Assembly (NCBI GenBank): GCA_027054335.1
Contig: JALUPA010000539.1
Span: forward strand, 904 to 64,903
DNA from: Ardenticatenaceae bacterium
GTDB lineage: Bacteria > Chloroflexota > Anaerolineae > Promineifilales > Promineifilaceae
Length of the DNA: 64,000 bases
Direction of reading: 5' to 3'
Shown: in pieces, positions 47,619-61,650 of the stretch
How positions within the stretch are numbered: the first letter of the stretch is position 1
Layout: each line of letters opens with the position of its first letter
Program-made: the position numbers and the translations under genes
Notes under the pieces: model-generated
The model's input: the letters and a program-made list of their open reading frames with translations, nothing else
Told to the model about the DNA's origin: nothing
The model's database searches: none

Positions 47619-49775
47619 TTATTCCACTGAGAGATTGGTACCACGCAGGGTTTGCGCGTTAATGGCTACAATGATCGTGCTGAGTGACATGAAAACAGCG
47701 CCCAAAGCCGGCGGTACGAAGAACCCAAACGGGATGTACAAAATGCCCGCTGCCAGAGGAATCATCACAATATTGTACCCGGCGCCCCACCAGATGTTTT
47801 GCATTTGTTTACGGTAACTGGCCACACTCAACTTCAGGATTTTCACGACGTCCAGCGGATTGCTCTGCACCAGAATCAGCCCCGCCGATTCTACAGCCAC
47901 GTCGGTACCGCTGCCAATGGCGATGCCGATGTCAGCGCGGGTGAGGGCCGGGGCATCATTCACGCCGTCACCGACCATGCCCACGCGCTTGCCCTGCGCT
48001 TGCAGTTCCATGACCTTCTTGTCTTTGTCGGCCGGTAAGACCTCGGCAAAGTATTGGTCAATGCCTAGTTCCTCGGCTACTGCTTTGGCTACGTCCTTGC
48101 TGTCGCCGGTGAGCATGGCTACCTCGACGTTCATATCGTGCAAGGCGCGTACGGCCTTACGGCTTTCTTCCCGAATTACATCTGCCAGGGCAAAAGCAGC
48201 CACGACACCATGCTCCTGAATCAGGTAAATGACGCTTTGCCCCTTTTCGCCCGACTCCTGGGCAAATTGAGCCAGGTTAGATGGCAGGTCTGCCTCCAGA
48301 AATTCCAACATGCGCGGGCCGCCTACGTATATTGTCTTTCCGTCATACGTGGCTTGCACGCCCCGCCCCTTGAGAATCTCAAAATCGGTGATAGTGGGCA
48401 GATCGAGCTGCTTTTCTTCGGCCGAGTGACGGATTGCCCGGGCAATGGGGTGTTCGGAATCCCCCTCGACGGCGGCCGTGATGGCCAGGGCCTTGGCGGC
48501 ATTCATCTCATCAACTGAAGCGATACCCACAACGCCGACCTCACCTTTAGTCAGCGTACCTGTCTTGTCGAAAGTGATAATGTTCAAATCTTTGGCTGTT
48601 TCCATGGCCTGCCGGTCCCGTATGAGAATGCCATTCTTAGCGCCCAATGCTGTGGTGTTGGCCACGACCAGAGGTACAGCCAGCCCCAGGGCGTGGGGGC
48701 AGGCAATAATCAAAATAGTGACAACAATGGCGATGACCTGGACGGTGACGCCGCCAAAATAAAATGACCAGAAAACCCCCGCGGACAGGGAGGCAATGAC
48801 GGCCGCATAAAACAAAAAGGAAGCGGCTCTGTCGGCCAGGAGCTGGGTTTCGGATTTACTGGCCTGGGCTTCGGCCACCAGACGCATGATGCCGGAAAGG
48901 GCGGTATCGTCGCCCACGGCCGTTACCCGTACCCGCAAACTGCTGTTCCCGGCGTTCACCGTCCCGGCAATCACTTTGTCGCCCTCTGCTTTGGTGACAG
49001 GCCGGGACTCACCGGTAATCATGGCTTCGTTCACGTCGGAACGGCCGTCTACCACCATCCCATCAGCGGGGATAGCCGCACCGGGCCGCACCAAGACCAT
49101 ATCGTTTAGTTGCAATTCACTCGACGGCTTTTCCACCGTTTTCCCGTCTGGTAAAATGAATTCGGCCGTGTCCGGCATCAGTTTAGCCAAAGCGTCCAGC
49201 GCACCGGAAGCTTGCCGGATACTACGCATCTCCAGCCAGTGACCCAGCAGCATAATGTCAATCAGCGTTACTAATTCCCAAAAGAAATCTTCGCCAATTT
49301 CCCAAAAAATGGTCGCCATGCTGTAGACGTAGGCTACGGTGATAGCCAGCGAGATGAGGGTCATCATAGCCGGTTTGCGCGCCTGTAATTCCCAGGTAGA
49401 CATGCGCAAGAAAGGCAGGCCGCCATAAAAGAAAATAAAGGTCGAAAGAACCGGGACGATGAGTTGGCTGCCGGGAAAAGCCGGCGCTGTATAATTAAAC
49501 CAGCTCTGGACGGCCGGGCTGTAAATCAGAACAGGAATGCTGAGGGCCAGGGAAATCCAGAAGCGGTTGCGGAACATGAGTTCATGCCCGACGTGGTCAG
49601 CGTGCCCTTTGTGTCCGGCATGTTCGCCGCCTGCCGCGTGTTCTTCGTGTCCTTCATGGCCTGCGTGCATCTCGTGTTGGCTTTGCAGTTCACAAATGCG
49701 GCAGCAAGTGCAGGGGTCATCAGTTGTATGCTCGTGTGACCCGGATTGATGGCCAGTATGGGTATGTGTTGTCAT
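47619..49775 (-). CDS. copB: copper-translocating P1B-type ATPase (CopB-like, CPH motif, His-rich N-terminus)
   Basis: DKTGTLT, the TM6 CPH motif (IIACPHALGLAVP), GDGVNDAP, and a His-rich N-terminal tail (HTHTGHQSGSHEH...HEGHEEHAAGGEHAGHKGHADHVGHE). Confidence 0.85.
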   Translation of the reverse strand: MTTHTHTGHQSGSHEHTTDDPCTCCRICELQSQHEMHAGHEGHEEHAAGGEHAGHKGHADHVGHELMFRNRFWISLALSIPVLIYSPAVQSWFNYTAPAFPGSQLIVPVLSTFIFFYGGLPFLRMSTWELQARKPAMMTLISLAITVAYVYSMATIFWEIGEDFFWELVTLIDIMLLGHWLEMRSIRQASGALDALAKLMPDTAEFILPDGKTVEKPSSELQLNDMVLVRPGAAIPADGMVVDGRSDVNEAMITGESRPVTKAEGDKVIAGTVNAGNSSLRVRVTAVGDDTALSGIMRLVAEAQASKSETQLLADRAASFLFYAAVIASLSAGVFWSFYFGGVTVQVIAIVVTILIIACPHALGLAVPLVVANTTALGAKNGILIRDRQAMETAKDLNIITFDKTGTLTKGEVGVVGIASVDEMNAAKALAITAAVEGDSEHPIARAIRHSAEEKQLDLPTITDFEILKGRGVQATYDGKTIYVGGPRMLEFLEADLPSNLAQFAQESGEKGQSVIYLIQEHGVVAAFALADVIREESRKAVRALHDMNVEVAMLTGDSKDVAKAVAEELGIDQYFAEVLPADKDKKVMELQAQGKRVGMVGDGVNDAPALTRADIGIAIGSGTDVAVESAGLILVQSNPLDVVKILKLSVASYRKQMQNIWWGAGYNIVMIPLAAGILYIPFGFFVPPALGAVFMSLSTIIVAINAQTLRGTNLSVE

Positions 49776-49793
49776 ATGATTTTCTCCTTAAAT

Positions 49794-50291
49794 CTATTGA
49801 TTAGCGGTCTGCACAGTTACTTGCCACTGTGAAGCCCGGATATCCTCCGGCCATTGGTTTTTGATGTAAGCGAGTACGGCCGTTATCTCTTCGTCGGTCA
49901 ATATTTCTGCAAAAGAGGGCATATTGCTGGTACCGCCGACATTCACATCTTCATAACGGGCGCCGCCCAGCTCAATCGCCTCCAAAAGCTGCTGGTCCGA
50001 ATGGTGCCAGGTATGGCCCTCGGCCGTATGCGGCGGGGCGCGGAAAGAGCCATCTTCATTTTGTCTTTTCCAATCAGCTTCCCCTTCCAGGTTCTCCCCG
50101 TGACAAGCGGCGCAATTTTGGGCATAGACTGTCTCACCCAGGGCAATTTGCGCCGGGTCCAGCACTGGTAACGGGGGGAATTCTTTATTGTCGGCCTGTG
50201 TGGAGCGTGGTGTGGGGGGTGTTGTATTGGCACAGGCAGCCAGTAGTGTCAGCAAAGCTAACAAGACGAATAAGGCCAAGCGTTTTTTCAT
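49794..50291 (-). CDS. lipoprotein monoheme c-type cytochrome
   Basis: Lipobox LLAAC, the heme motif CAACH and a distal Met region (TSNMPSF). Confidence 0.8.
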   Translation of the reverse strand: MKKRLALFVLLALLTLLAACANTTPPTPRSTQADNKEFPPLPVLDPAQIALGETVYAQNCAACHGENLEGEADWKRQNEDGSFRAPPHTAEGHTWHHSDQQLLEAIELGGARYEDVNVGGTSNMPSFAEILTDEEITAVLAYIKNQWPEDIRASQWQVTVQTANQ

Positions 50292-50378
50292 ATATTTTGT
50301 ACCTCACAGGGAACTTGCTTACGTTCTCTCCATTATAGTAAAGAATAGTACGGGATGCTGCAACGTACTGACAGTGTG

Positions 50379-50455
50379 ATTTGGCGGGGAAAGGATAAGC
50401 CATTTGGCGGGTGAGCGCCATTTGGCCTATGGAAAAACAGGCCATTTTGCTGGGG
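50379..50455. promoter_or_regulatory. array of four phased (C)CATTTGGCGGGG-like direct repeats upstream of the cytochrome c/copB operon
   Basis: Copies start at 50379, 50402, 50420 and 50444 (spacings 23, 18 and 24 nt). A fifth copy with a shared 15-nt flank (AAAAACAGGCCATTT) is at 47538-47559, upstream of a DUF3105 gene. Confidence 0.45.
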
Positions 50456-50480
50456 GTATTTTGTCCAGATTTACCTGGCT

Positions 50481-51323
50481 TTGCTGGCGGTTCTGTTTTT
50501 GGATGTGTTGTGGCAAAACGGCCGTCGCTGGTTGACGGTAGGCTTGGCCGTCTTGATTTTGGGGGAACTTTTGCCCGCGCCGGCCCGGTTAACGGTCGTG
50601 CCCCCGTTGCTGGACGGGCAAAACCTTACCCCACCGCTCGTCTTCCTGCCTTTTCCCGAAAGTAAATCGGTGCGGGCTTACGCGAATACGGCTACCTGGA
50701 TGGCTATCACCGGCAGCAATCCCGCGCCTATGGTCAACGGCTACTCTGGTTACTTCCCCCAAATGAACGGGCAGCTTCGGGATTTACTGGCCGATTTCCC
50801 CACATTTGACGGCCTGGAAACGTTACGCAGCCTGGGTGTGCGCACCATCTTAATCACCAAAGAGTCCCTGAGCCTGGAACAGGAGGCCAGATTAGCGGCA
50901 GAAGTGGCTGACGGCCGTCTCATCCCCACCGCACCTCTGGACAATTTCCTGGTCTACAAACTGCCTGACGCCCAATTCAACCCGGCCACGCAATATACCG
51001 GCGAATGGGCCTTGGATGCCGCTGTAGATGGGGACGAACTGGCGCTGCGGGCTTATGCGGCCGTACCGGATATACAAGTGTATGTAGCAGACCCGGTGTT
51101 GTCACCGCTGAATTGGCAGGTAAGGGTGATGGGGGAGGACGGCCGTCGCCTGGAATATCCGGTATCGCCGCCAGGAACAGTTCTGCTCTATCATGACAGC
51201 AACCGCCGCCTGCTCCTGACTATCCCTCTCCCGGAAGTTGCCGGAACGTACACCCTGACGCTGCAAAATGCGGAAACCGGTCAAATATTGGGGGAAACGA
51301 CGGTTTTGGTTCCCTCAAATTAA
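50481..51323 (+). CDS. hypothetical protein, possibly the 3' remnant of a larger membrane-protein gene
   Basis: The frame is open from 50415 with no ATG, and the listed start is TTG. It begins inside a TM-like segment (YLALLAVLFLDVLW). No family recognised. Confidence 0.35.
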   Translation: MLAVLFLDVLWQNGRRWLTVGLAVLILGELLPAPARLTVVPPLLDGQNLTPPLVFLPFPESKSVRAYANTATWMAITGSNPAPMVNGYSGYFPQMNGQLRDLLADFPTFDGLETLRSLGVRTILITKESLSLEQEARLAAEVADGRLIPTAPLDNFLVYKLPDAQFNPATQYTGEWALDAAVDGDELALRAYAAVPDIQVYVADPVLSPLNWQVRVMGEDGRRLEYPVSPPGTVLLYHDSNRRLLLTIPLPEVAGTYTLTLQNAETGQILGETTVLVPSN

Positions 51324-51681
51324 GGCAGGAAATAGAAACCGGAATGTTAAATGTTATTACAAATGTTCGGCATTTCTGCTCGCACGGTATCCGTGAATGC
51401 GTATAATGTATGGTGTGGTTGCTTTTTTGGGTGACGAGGCAACGGCCGATTTGTATCACGGATGATTATAGCAGTCAGATTTGGAAGGATACATATGAGT
51501 TGCGAAACAATTTTGTATGAAACGGCCGACGGTATTACTCAATTATAGGGGCAACAAATGGACACAATCTCCGTCATTGGTGCAGATACGATGGGGGTGG
51601 GGATTGCTCAGGAAAAAGTTCCTTCTGCAGCAACTTGTCGTGTGATTGGCATTAGAACATGCAATCTACTACAATAGTCTT

Positions 51682-52563
51682 ATGAAAGATTTCAAGGTTT
51701 ATGATTCTGAACATCATACCATATATCATGGCGATGCTATAAAAACGCTGGGAGTTCTTCCGCGGGAGAGTGTTGATTTAATTTTTGCCGACCCGCCTTA
51801 TAATATTGGTAAAAAATATGCTAATTTTGTTGACAAATGGCCGTCCGATGAAGATTACATTGAATGGTGCAAAAAATGGTTGGATGCTTGTATCGCTTTG
51901 TTAAAGCCGCATGGAAGTTTGTATGTAATGGCAAGCACTCAGAGTATGCCTTTTCTCGATATTTATTTGCGAAGCAGGTTGACAATACTCTCGCGGATCA
52001 TTTGGCGGTATGATAGTTCTGGCGTTCAGGCACAAAATTATTTTGGATCGATGTATGAGCCAATCCTGCATTGCGTTAAAGATGCAAAAAATTATGTTTT
52101 CAATGCTGATGTTATCATGGTTGAGGCTAAAACAGGTGCGCAACGAAAACTAATAGATTACAGAAAGAAGGTCCCGGCTGTTTACAATAGTAGGAAAGTT
52201 CCTGGAAACGTTTGGTACTTTCCCCGGGTTCGTTATCGTATGGCAGAGTATGAAGAACATCCGACGCAAAAGCCTGAAGTGTTGTTAGAGCGAATTGTGG
52301 CCGCCAGCAGTAATGAAGATGATCTGGTCCTTGATCCGTTTGCCGGAACTTTTACGACTTGCGCTGTAGCAAAGAAAATGAAGCGCAGATCCATAGGGAT
52401 CGAATTGCAGGAAGATTACGTTAAAATTGGTTTGCGTCGCCTGGGTATTCTGTCACATTATAATGGGGAAAAATTATGTCCCCCTGAAAAGAGCTATGTG
52501 CGAAAAAACGGGAAACCCCAAATTCCCTCTAATCAGTTAACTTTGCTGGAAAGAAACGAATGA
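51682..52563 (+). CDS. beta-class DNA methyltransferase (N6-adenine or N4-cytosine), type II R-M
   Basis: Motif IV DLIFADPPYN precedes the SAM-binding motif I VLDPFAGTFTT, which is the beta-class order. AT-rich. Start at ATG 51682. Confidence 0.8.
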   Translation: MKDFKVYDSEHHTIYHGDAIKTLGVLPRESVDLIFADPPYNIGKKYANFVDKWPSDEDYIEWCKKWLDACIALLKPHGSLYVMASTQSMPFLDIYLRSRLTILSRIIWRYDSSGVQAQNYFGSMYEPILHCVKDAKNYVFNADVIMVEAKTGAQRKLIDYRKKVPAVYNSRKVPGNVWYFPRVRYRMAEYEEHPTQKPEVLLERIVAASSNEDDLVLDPFAGTFTTCAVAKKMKRRSIGIELQEDYVKIGLRRLGILSHYNGEKLCPPEKSYVRKNGKPQIPSNQLTLLERNE

Positions 52564-53669
52564 AAGAGCATGATTTTACGGCCGTAATCCGACGTATACT
52601 TGCAGACTACTTTTCCGTATATAGCGAACCGATTCTGGAAAAGAGCGAGCTGTTGCAATACATAAATATAAAAACTGTTTCGGCTGGACGGGGGTCAAAA
52701 GCAAGAGGCTCTTTTGGAAACCTGTATGCCATTTACGTGCTGGTAGAAGATTACCTGTCCCGTAATTTTCACGAAAGTGGCGATTACCGTCACGCAGAAG
52801 GAGCAAAATTTACCGACTTGCTGCGTCGTCAGCGTGAACTCCCTTTTGGCGCCAAATTACAGAACCATGCGCTCAATCATCGAATGAACAAGGAGTTTGA
52901 GAAATATTTTCCTACATCAAAGCATGTTCCAATTCTTCGAGATACTCAAACCGGCGAATATTGGATAAATGAAAACTTACTCATCGTTGAAGTTTATGAC
53001 GGCAGCGAATTTAACGTTGCCCAGACAGTTATTGACATAATTGATGCTTATATTGAAGCGAAACAAGGAGCGTTTAATTCTTTCATTGATGATTGTGAGC
53101 GTATGCAAGCCGTCTCAAAGGAAAACCCTGCCGATGTAGCAGCATACTTGCTGTCTTTGCTGCGTCCCAATGTTGATGCGCGAATATTTGAGATTGTCAG
53201 CTTTGCCATCCTTAAAACGTATTATGGCGACATATCCGTTTATTGGGGGTGGAGTTTGGACGTTATCGAAGAAGATTTTTTAGTTCTCTACAAAACCGGG
53301 CGCACGAATGCGAATGATGGTGGTATTGACTTTGTAATGCGCCCATTGGGACGTTTTTTTCAGGTAACAGAGACGCTTGACGTGCGAAAGTATTTTCTGG
53401 ATATTGATAAAATCCAAAAATACCCTGTGACCTTTGTAATCAAAAGTGAGCTTTCAGTAGACGAAATTCGCGCTGCTTTACAATCTCAGGCTGAAGCGCA
53501 ATTTTCTGTGCAACGCATTGTGGATAAATACATGAGCAGCATAGAGGAAATAATCAATATTCCGGTTCTGGCTGAACGTTTGGGCGAAATAATGAACCAG
53601 GAAAAATTAACAGATGTTCTGGATGAGGTTATTGCTCACAGTAAAGTAGAGTTCAATATCCAGGGTTAA
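52560..53669 (+). CDS. putative type II restriction endonuclease partner
   Basis: 4-nt ATGA overlap with the methyltransferase gene and the same AT-rich composition. No family recognised by eye, so the call rests on context. Confidence 0.45.
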   Translation: MKEHDFTAVIRRILADYFSVYSEPILEKSELLQYINIKTVSAGRGSKARGSFGNLYAIYVLVEDYLSRNFHESGDYRHAEGAKFTDLLRRQRELPFGAKLQNHALNHRMNKEFEKYFPTSKHVPILRDTQTGEYWINENLLIVEVYDGSEFNVAQTVIDIIDAYIEAKQGAFNSFIDDCERMQAVSKENPADVAAYLLSLLRPNVDARIFEIVSFAILKTYYGDISVYWGWSLDVIEEDFLVLYKTGRTNANDGGIDFVMRPLGRFFQVTETLDVRKYFLDIDKIQKYPVTFVIKSELSVDEIRAALQSQAEAQFSVQRIVDKYMSSIEEIINIPVLAERLGEIMNQEKLTDVLDEVIAHSKVEFNIQG

Positions 53670-53699
53670 AAATATAGCACTGTTTGGTGGATTGTAATT

Positions 53700-54536
53700 A
53701 TGGAACAGTTAGATGTGATTTGGCTTTGGTTACAACAGAAAGGGTTGCCCATTTTGCTGATTATCGTGGGCACAATCGCCGCTTATTTTCTGTGGCGTTA
53801 CATCGTCAGGGCGATTGCCGGGCGTATTCAGGCTTTGGATGATGAAGAGGGGAGTGATTTAGACAAGCGGACAACTACTATTTCCCGCGTGTTGAAAAGT
53901 TCCGGCACGATTGTTATTTTGAGTACGTCTCTTCTGATGATTTTGACGGAATTGGGCGTGCCCATTGCTCCTCTGCTGGCCAGCGTGGGCGTTTTTAGTC
54001 TGGCGGCCGGTATGGGAGCCAAAACGTTGGTGCAGGATATGCTTAGCGGCTTGTTTGTTCTCATCGAGAATCAATACACCATTGATGATGTGGTAGACAT
54101 TGGCGGCGTCCGAGGCGTGGTGGAGAAGATGACGCTGCGGGTGACGGTTGTTCGGGATGTGGCGGGCACGATTCACATTATCCCCAATGGGGAAATTCGC
54201 CAGGTGTCTAACATGACGCCGGATTGGTCGCGGGCAATTGTGGATGTGGGGATTACTTATGATGATGATGTGGACAAGGCCATCCGGGTATTGCAGAAGA
54301 TTGGGGATATGGCAGCAGAGGATGAGGCGGTAAAGGATAAATTGCTGGAAGCGGCCGTTGTCACCGGCGTCGAGGGCTTGGATGATTGGTCAGTCCGGCT
54401 GCGCATCATGGTTAAAACCAAACCAGGCGAACAGTGGAACGTGCAGCGCTGGCTGCGCCGTCAAATCCGGTTGGTTTTTGCCCAGGAAGGTGTGGAACTG
54501 GCTTTTCCCCGTCAGGATGTGAAACTGGTTCAGTGA
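53700..54536 (+). CDS. small-conductance mechanosensitive channel (MscS family)
   Basis: Three N-terminal TM helices, then the MscS beta-domain (LSGLFVLIENQYTIDDVVDIGGVRGVVEKMTLRVTVVRDVAGTIHIIPNGEI). Confidence 0.85.
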   Translation: MEQLDVIWLWLQQKGLPILLIIVGTIAAYFLWRYIVRAIAGRIQALDDEEGSDLDKRTTTISRVLKSSGTIVILSTSLLMILTELGVPIAPLLASVGVFSLAAGMGAKTLVQDMLSGLFVLIENQYTIDDVVDIGGVRGVVEKMTLRVTVVRDVAGTIHIIPNGEIRQVSNMTPDWSRAIVDVGITYDDDVDKAIRVLQKIGDMAAEDEAVKDKLLEAAVVTGVEGLDDWSVRLRIMVKTKPGEQWNVQRWLRRQIRLVFAQEGVELAFPRQDVKLVQ

Positions 54537-54539
54537 GCG

Positions 54540-54593
54540 GTTTTCAGTGTTCAGTTTTCAGCAGCGTCTCACTGAACACTGAACACTGAAAAC
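54540..54593. repeat. ACTGAAC-heptamer hairpin (bidirectional terminator candidate)
   Basis: GTTTTCAGTGTTCAGTTTTCAG-cagcgtctc-ACTGAACACTGAACACTGAAAAC, between convergent genes. Confidence 0.75.
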
Positions 54594-56737
54594 TATTCCT
54601 GTGTTGCCACATAAACCGAGTCCCCTTTGGTGACAAAAATACGCAAAGGCGTTTCGGCTACGTCGAAGCTGCTGATGTTGCTGAATAGTTCCTCGCCGTT
54701 GGGGCCGGTGGCCCGGTATTGAGCCAGTACCTGCCCGGTGGGGCGGCTGACTTGCACGATACGGCCGTTCCCCGCATCGGCAATAAAAATAGAAGCGTTC
54801 AAGCCCCGGCCAATAATTTTGGCGGCCGTGGGATTGAGTAGGGGGACGTTCAGGCCGCTTTTCAGCAAATCCTCTTCCGTCCATTGCACCCGGCCGGAGC
54901 GGGTGTCGTAATAACGGATACGGCCGTCTTCATACAAAAGCATCAGGCTGCCATCCCCGCTGAAAATATCGAAATCAACCACCTTGTCCAGTTCCGGGTT
55001 TTCCTCTCCGTCAAAGGCAATCACCCGGTCATCCGCGTTGGTAATGAAATCATCTCCTTGAGGAATATATTTCCAGATTACCTGAGCTGCCGGGTCCAAA
55101 ATGTAAAGCCGCTCGTCAAAAGTGGCGATGTCCGTGGGGACACGCCATTCGCTGGATAAATCCAACGGTACGGCGAACGTATTGTCGTAACCGGGTTGGA
55201 AGGTGAGCAGCGCACCATTGCCATCCAGCATAGCCAGCCCCTCGCGGCTGACCGAATTGCCTTGCGGCCGCCACATGATGTCAATGATTTTCCCGGCCAC
55301 GTGATTCCCGATAGCCTGCCCCTCGAATAAAAGTTGCAAAGGAGCCACATTACCCGTATCCAGATAAGTTTCGTCCGTGTCGTGTTCGTAAACGAAACCA
55401 TTGAGCCGGTCGTAAGTGTAGACGTCTCCTTCGCTGCCGGGGCGCAGGACGATGGCTGCCAGATCGGTATTCTCGGTTGTATATTGGTAAAAGAGATCGG
55501 CGTTCAGGCGGGTGATTTGGTCCAGAACGTCCAGGCGGCCCCTGGCAATCTGGCGCATTTGAGCCACTTGTTCATCACCGGGGCGCAGTTGGGTCTCCGC
55601 TTCCTGGGCCAGCCCCAAGACTTCATTGTATAGGCGGCGGGTAGCTGCTTCGTCAGTCATTTGTTCAGCCTGACCCAGTTTTTGCCCCATTTCCGCTTTG
55701 ATGGCGGCTAGTTGCTGTACTTGTCCCCGCTGCAGGTAGACGCCGGTGACGATGGCCGCTATAAGGAAGGGAATGATGATGGCGATCAGGGCCGGGATAG
55801 CCCAGTTGATTTGAGCCGGATCGTCTTCACCGGCGGACGGCCGTAACCGGGCCAATAATTCTGCCAGCCAACTGGTAAAGCCAGCCAGACCTAAAGCCGC
55901 TCCGGCCCCGGCTCGCCGGGCTGTGGTTTGAATATCTGATGGGGGTGATGAAGGGGCTACGGCCGTTTGGCGCTGTGGTTGGGTCTGGGGTGGGGCCGCA
56001 GCCGGTTGTGTGGCCGGCGGGCTGACGTCCAGCATATCCAGCGGCACGTCTGTGCCAAATTCCACCAGCAACAAACGACCGGATTCCGGGCCGACAATAC
56101 CGACCAGCGCTTCCAGACCTTCTTCGATAGGGGTAGCTACCACGACGGCCGTAAAATCATCCGTGGCCAGGTGCGCCAGTCGCGGGTCGCCCAGCAGCAA
56201 CGTATCTCCCGATTGCAGCCGGTGATGAAAGTAGCGGATGTCCAGCCCGCTGCTGCGCCCCATAGGGGTGATGTGGTCCGGCTCTTGGGGCGGTAATCGC
56301 TCAATTCCGAAATTGTGGCCCACCAATGCCCACGATTCACCCGTCTGGATAGTGAACAATTCTGTGCCCCGGAAGGCGGCGCAAGTGACAGCCCCTTCAC
56401 GGGGCGGCCCTGACTGGCTTAAATTGTAGCGCAGAAGGTACTGGTTGGCTTCCACGACCGCTTTACGCAGGGCGGCGGTGACGCTGCCGCTCGTTTTATA
56501 AAATTGCTGGCTGATAACCTGGAGAATGTTTTGGGTGAGAACGGCCGTTTCTTCTCCCGAACCGCTCAACGTCAGATGGACAAATAAGGAATCACGTGCC
56601 CGACTGTGTGCCGCTTTGGGCGGGGCCGCCTGGGCTAATAAGCCCGGCGCGGCAGCTGTACCGGCTGCCGCTTCCTGCAAAACCCCGTCTACAATATAAA
56701 GTTGTCCGGTAACGGCCTGTAATTCCATGATTGGCAA
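54593..56737 (-). CDS. hypothetical single-pass membrane protein (cytoplasmic N-domain, extracytoplasmic beta-propeller-like C-domain)
   Basis: 714-aa ORF with a central TM helix (INWAIPALIAIIIPFLIAAIVTGVYL) and a repetitive beta-rich C-terminal half. The function is not recognisable. Confidence 0.5.
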   Translation of the reverse strand: MPIMELQAVTGQLYIVDGVLQEAAAGTAAAPGLLAQAAPPKAAHSRARDSLFVHLTLSGSGEETAVLTQNILQVISQQFYKTSGSVTAALRKAVVEANQYLLRYNLSQSGPPREGAVTCAAFRGTELFTIQTGESWALVGHNFGIERLPPQEPDHITPMGRSSGLDIRYFHHRLQSGDTLLLGDPRLAHLATDDFTAVVVATPIEEGLEALVGIVGPESGRLLLVEFGTDVPLDMLDVSPPATQPAAAPPQTQPQRQTAVAPSSPPSDIQTTARRAGAGAALGLAGFTSWLAELLARLRPSAGEDDPAQINWAIPALIAIIIPFLIAAIVTGVYLQRGQVQQLAAIKAEMGQKLGQAEQMTDEAATRRLYNEVLGLAQEAETQLRPGDEQVAQMRQIARGRLDVLDQITRLNADLFYQYTTENTDLAAIVLRPGSEGDVYTYDRLNGFVYEHDTDETYLDTGNVAPLQLLFEGQAIGNHVAGKIIDIMWRPQGNSVSREGLAMLDGNGALLTFQPGYDNTFAVPLDLSSEWRVPTDIATFDERLYILDPAAQVIWKYIPQGDDFITNADDRVIAFDGEENPELDKVVDFDIFSGDGSLMLLYEDGRIRYYDTRSGRVQWTEEDLLKSGLNVPLLNPTAAKIIGRGLNASIFIADAGNGRIVQVSRPTGQVLAQYRATGPNGEELFSNISSFDVAETPLRIFVTKGDSVYVATQE

Positions 56738-56908
56738 TGTTTATTGATGGCTAAAATGCGGCGATACGCCAGAACTCTAACGATGGCGTTAAGCATAGCA
56801 CAACCGTTCGTGAACTACAATTTTTGGGGACGGCCGTATTTGACAAATGGATTTCAATATGGCACAATGTTCGTTCTGTCTCTTAACGAAATTCTAACCC
56901 AAATCTAA

Positions 56909-56936
56909 TTGACGCACTGAAGTTTACCGTTATAAT
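56909..56936 (+). promoter_or_regulatory. candidate sigma-70-type promoter upstream of rpoC
   Basis: TTGACG, a 16-nt spacer, then TATAAT, about 205 nt upstream of the rpoC start. This implies a long leader. Confidence 0.45.
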
Positions 56937-57142
56937 AGTGCCTCTATGGTTATTGAAGAGTGATTAATGACAAGAGCGTTAGCCTGCCAGGGCTACACGC
57001 TCTTTTTCCGTGTTTACGCACCTTTAAGCCCCATCGCTAATTCTATATTTTATATTTGCGGACGGGTGTTTATTAATTTTGGTTTATGGCAGACAACAAG
57101 CTTACAAACGGGCTGGAGCTTTAAAATTTTGGAGGTTACCTG

Positions 57143-61558
<4,416 letters not shown>

Positions 61559-61582
61559 CCTGATAGGGTTTGGTTAGAAACC

Positions 61583-61622
61583 AAAGGCGGCGATCTCATC
61601 GAATGAGATCGCCGCCTTTTTT
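61583..61622. terminator. strong bidirectional intrinsic terminator
   Basis: AAA-GGCGGCGATCTCAT-CGA-ATGAGATCGCCGCC-TTTTTT, between the convergent rpoC and polyprenyl synthase genes. Confidence 0.85.
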
Positions 61623-61650
61623 GTTGGTTTGGTGTTCAGGTCTGGGGAAC

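Noticed and set aside
47536-50455. copB-cytochrome c block as a mobile cassette bounded by direct repeats (AAAAACAGGCCATTT at both ends)
   Set aside because: There is no transposase or integrase. The right-hand repeat is part of a phased four-copy array in a promoter region, and the left copy is in another promoter. A shared regulator-binding motif explains the data better than insertion scars, although the cassette idea is not excluded.
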